Origin: Candidatus Tenderia sp.
GTDB lineage: Bacteria > Pseudomonadota > Gammaproteobacteria > Tenderiales > Tenderiaceae
Assembly (NCBI GenBank): GCA_031416075.1
Contig: JANOSY010000010.1
Span: 1-18,337 of the forward strand
Direction: 5' to 3'
DNA: 18,337 nucleotides
Positions 16,793 through 18,337 of the stretch are shown one piece after another (within the stretch, counting starts at the first letter, position 1; each line of letters begins with the position of its first letter). A program made the position numbers and the translations under genes. Under the pieces are notes generated by a model that ran no database searches, was not told the origin of the DNA, and was given only the letters and a program-made list of their open reading frames with translations.

Positions 16793-16896
16793 CCAGATTC
16801 CTTGATTTTTGTTCACTACATTAGTTTTGGACTATACAGGCATCGACATTATTTCTATTTCAAGCGCCATAAGCTTCTGAAGGCGCTCAAAACAAT

Positions 16897-17820
16897 CTAT
16901 ACCACATCAAAATATCCCATAAGCCTCAACCTAACCTCTTCCGTAACACGCCGAATCCCAACCAACCTTGCCATAACTGCTACTCGTTCATCCGCAGATT
17001 GACTTTCATGGGGCACAACCGTAGCCAATGCCCTCAACTCCTGCATCGCTATCTCATCCACCGGTCGACTACTATTTTCTGAATAACGAAACGCTGGCCA
17101 TTCACTGGTATCACTCTCCTCTGGCCAAAAGAACTCCCCAACCTCTTCGGTGGTGCTGGGGTATTGCGCTTCTGCCAACAGATAAACGCGGTCGCGGATG
17201 CGTTTGCCAGTACGTGCCCAGCCGTGGGCGCGGGCGATGCGTTTGGCGAGCACATCTTCACGCACCGGGCCTTCGGTGTTGATGACGTAGGCGATCATGG
17301 TGTTTAGTGTTGCATCGTAGCTTGCATCGAAAAAGGCTTCGGGATTGATGGCCGTTACCACGGTGGCAGGATCGGCTTTATGGAACAGGCTTTGCCCTAA
17401 CATGTTGGTGCTCCAGTGATTACGCGGAAATAATTCAATCGTCTGCTCATAATAGGCAACCGACTCACCATCGCTCATCAGCACCAAGGAGAGTTGTACA
17501 ACCTCAGACTCATTCAACCGTCCCAGTAATGCACCATCTAACTGGAGATCCCTATCAGATATATTAAGCTTTTGTCCGGAAACAATTGTATCGATATGCC
17601 AGCTTTTAATTTTTATGAAGGGAGGAGAAGAGGAGAGCGTTAGCGTCAGTTCATTCAGATCCCGATCACTATTATTAACCATCGCCAATTCCAATAACAC
17701 AGGCACGGAGTTTTGGTAGAGCGCCAGATTAAATTTCGACAAATATACAGCGTTGATACCAGTTTTTTTGGCTAGCATAGGCATATCATTAGAAAGTTCT
17801 AATATTTCTACTGATTCCAT
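16897..17820 (-). CDS. Internally deleted Hhe-like protein: N-terminal region of DUF4011 helicases fused in frame to a DUF3320-like C-terminus
   Basis: NLALYQNSVPVL...WHID...L.LDG.LLGRLNESE...IELFPRNHW resembles the N-terminus of large DUF4011/DUF3320 helicases. Y...L..MIAYVINTEGPV...LAKRIARAHGWARTGKRIRDRV resembles DUF3320. No helicase motifs lie between them. Likely start ATG 17820 (ORF track GTG 17853). Could be a pseudogene. Confidence 0.7.
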   Translation of the reverse strand: MESVEILELSNDMPMLAKKTGINAVYLSKFNLALYQNSVPVLLELAMVNNSDRDLNELTLTLSSSPPFIKIKSWHIDTIVSGQKLNISDRDLQLDGALLGRLNESEVVQLSLVLMSDGESVAYYEQTIELFPRNHWSTNMLGQSLFHKADPATVVTAINPEAFFDASYDATLNTMIAYVINTEGPVREDVLAKRIARAHGWARTGKRIRDRVYLLAEAQYPSTTEEVGEFFWPEESDTSEWPAFRYSENSSRPVDEIAMQELRALATVVPHESQSADERVAVMARLVGIRRVTEEVRLRLMGYFDVV

Positions 17821-17894
17821 CGCCCCCCCCATCACACTAATATTTTTCTTCACCTATAGCACATGATTGATAGATACCCTAGTCTTTTCACCAA

Positions 17895-18152
17895 ACCCCC
17901 TATCTTAAACAACCAACTGATGACTTCATGGTGCAAACCATGAAACCATAGCTATTCTATTCCAGCCCATTTGCATACTCAGGTAAAGGCCTGGGTAACA
18001 AAGTCACCACGATTCGGAAATACAAATCCACTGGTATGGCATAGCTGACGTCTTTTAAAATGGGGGGATCATTAAGGAGGGGGAGCTTTACAATCATCGC
18101 CATTTTTAGTCTCACTCGGACTGGCGGTACGTTTAATGAAATTGACCAAGTC
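17895..18152 (-). pseudogene. Degenerate tyrosine recombinase (phage integrase) catalytic-domain remnant
   Basis: One minus frame reads DLVNFIKRTASPSETKNGDDCKAPPP**SPHFKRRQLCHTSGFVFPNRGDFVTQAFT*VCKWAGIE*LWFHGLHHEVISWLFKIGG. This matches the integrase pattern TKNG..R.VPL...VFP...AF.R.C..AGIEDL.FHDLRHEA.SRLFE.G, with four stops. Confidence 0.78.
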
Positions 18153-18197
18153 GAGAAGAAAGGTATTTTCGGTCACCTAGGTCGACATAAAAACACC

Positions 18198-18337
18198 TAG
18201 TGTACTGTAACAAATAGTGTGATCATATATAATAGCGCTACTCCTTCCTTATTTTCTGGTGCGCTGACTATGCCTGTCCCCGTTGCTATCTCACTCACAG
18301 AAGAAGAACGCCAAGAATTTCATCGCTGTTGTCGTAG
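18198..18337 (+). mobile_element. Left end of an IS630-family insertion sequence (TA target, IRL, transposase start)
   Basis: TAGTGTACTGTAACAAATAGTGTGATCATA (18198-18227) is the inverted counterpart of 110-139. Inserted at C-TA. Confidence 0.9.
18270..18337 (+). CDS. IS630-family transposase, N-terminal fragment (truncated by window end)
   Basis: MPVPVAISLTEEERQEFHRCCR..., the I.LT.EER..L-type start typical of IS630 transposases, just inside the IRL. Confidence 0.8.
   Translation, partial: MPVPVAISLTEEERQEFHRCCR

Noticed and set aside
18174-18200. CACCTAG direct repeat (18174-18180 and 18194-18200) as a target duplication or att site
   Set aside because: IS630 duplicates only TA, the last base of the second copy belongs to the IS, and 7 bp is within chance.
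1-18337. CRISPR array, tRNA or rRNA genes
   Set aside because: No regularly spaced repeats and no tRNA or rRNA signatures were seen in any intergenic region.

Overview
Gammaproteobacterial-looking 18.3 kb segment bounded by the right end of one IS630-family element (1-139) and the left end of another co-oriented copy (18198-18337). The near-identical ~140 bp overhangs suggest a contig broken at a multicopy IS. The left two-thirds is mostly metabolic: a small beta-rich hypothetical, ppnN, a phosphomannomutase, a YgjP/M48 protein, a 262 bp inverted-repeat-bounded multi-hairpin element (MITE or structured RNA), a secreted three-repeat protein, an Old Yellow Enzyme (NemA-like), and a 1070 aa phosphorylase-kinase alpha/beta-like GH15 protein translationally coupled to glucokinase. 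The right third is a defence island. It has a DUF6933-like gene and rhuM on the plus strand, facing four co-oriented minus-strand genes: an internally deleted Hhe-like (DUF4011 helicase/DUF3320) mini-protein, a Sir2-HerA (Nezha-type) pair, and a tandem TerB-like + BRCT protein. A decayed tyrosine integrase remnant, absent from the ORF track, lies between these genes and the IS630. The best candidates for something new are the extended Sir2-HerA cassette, the PhK-like GH15-glucokinase operon and the 262 bp element. All family calls come from motif recognition by eye, not database searches.
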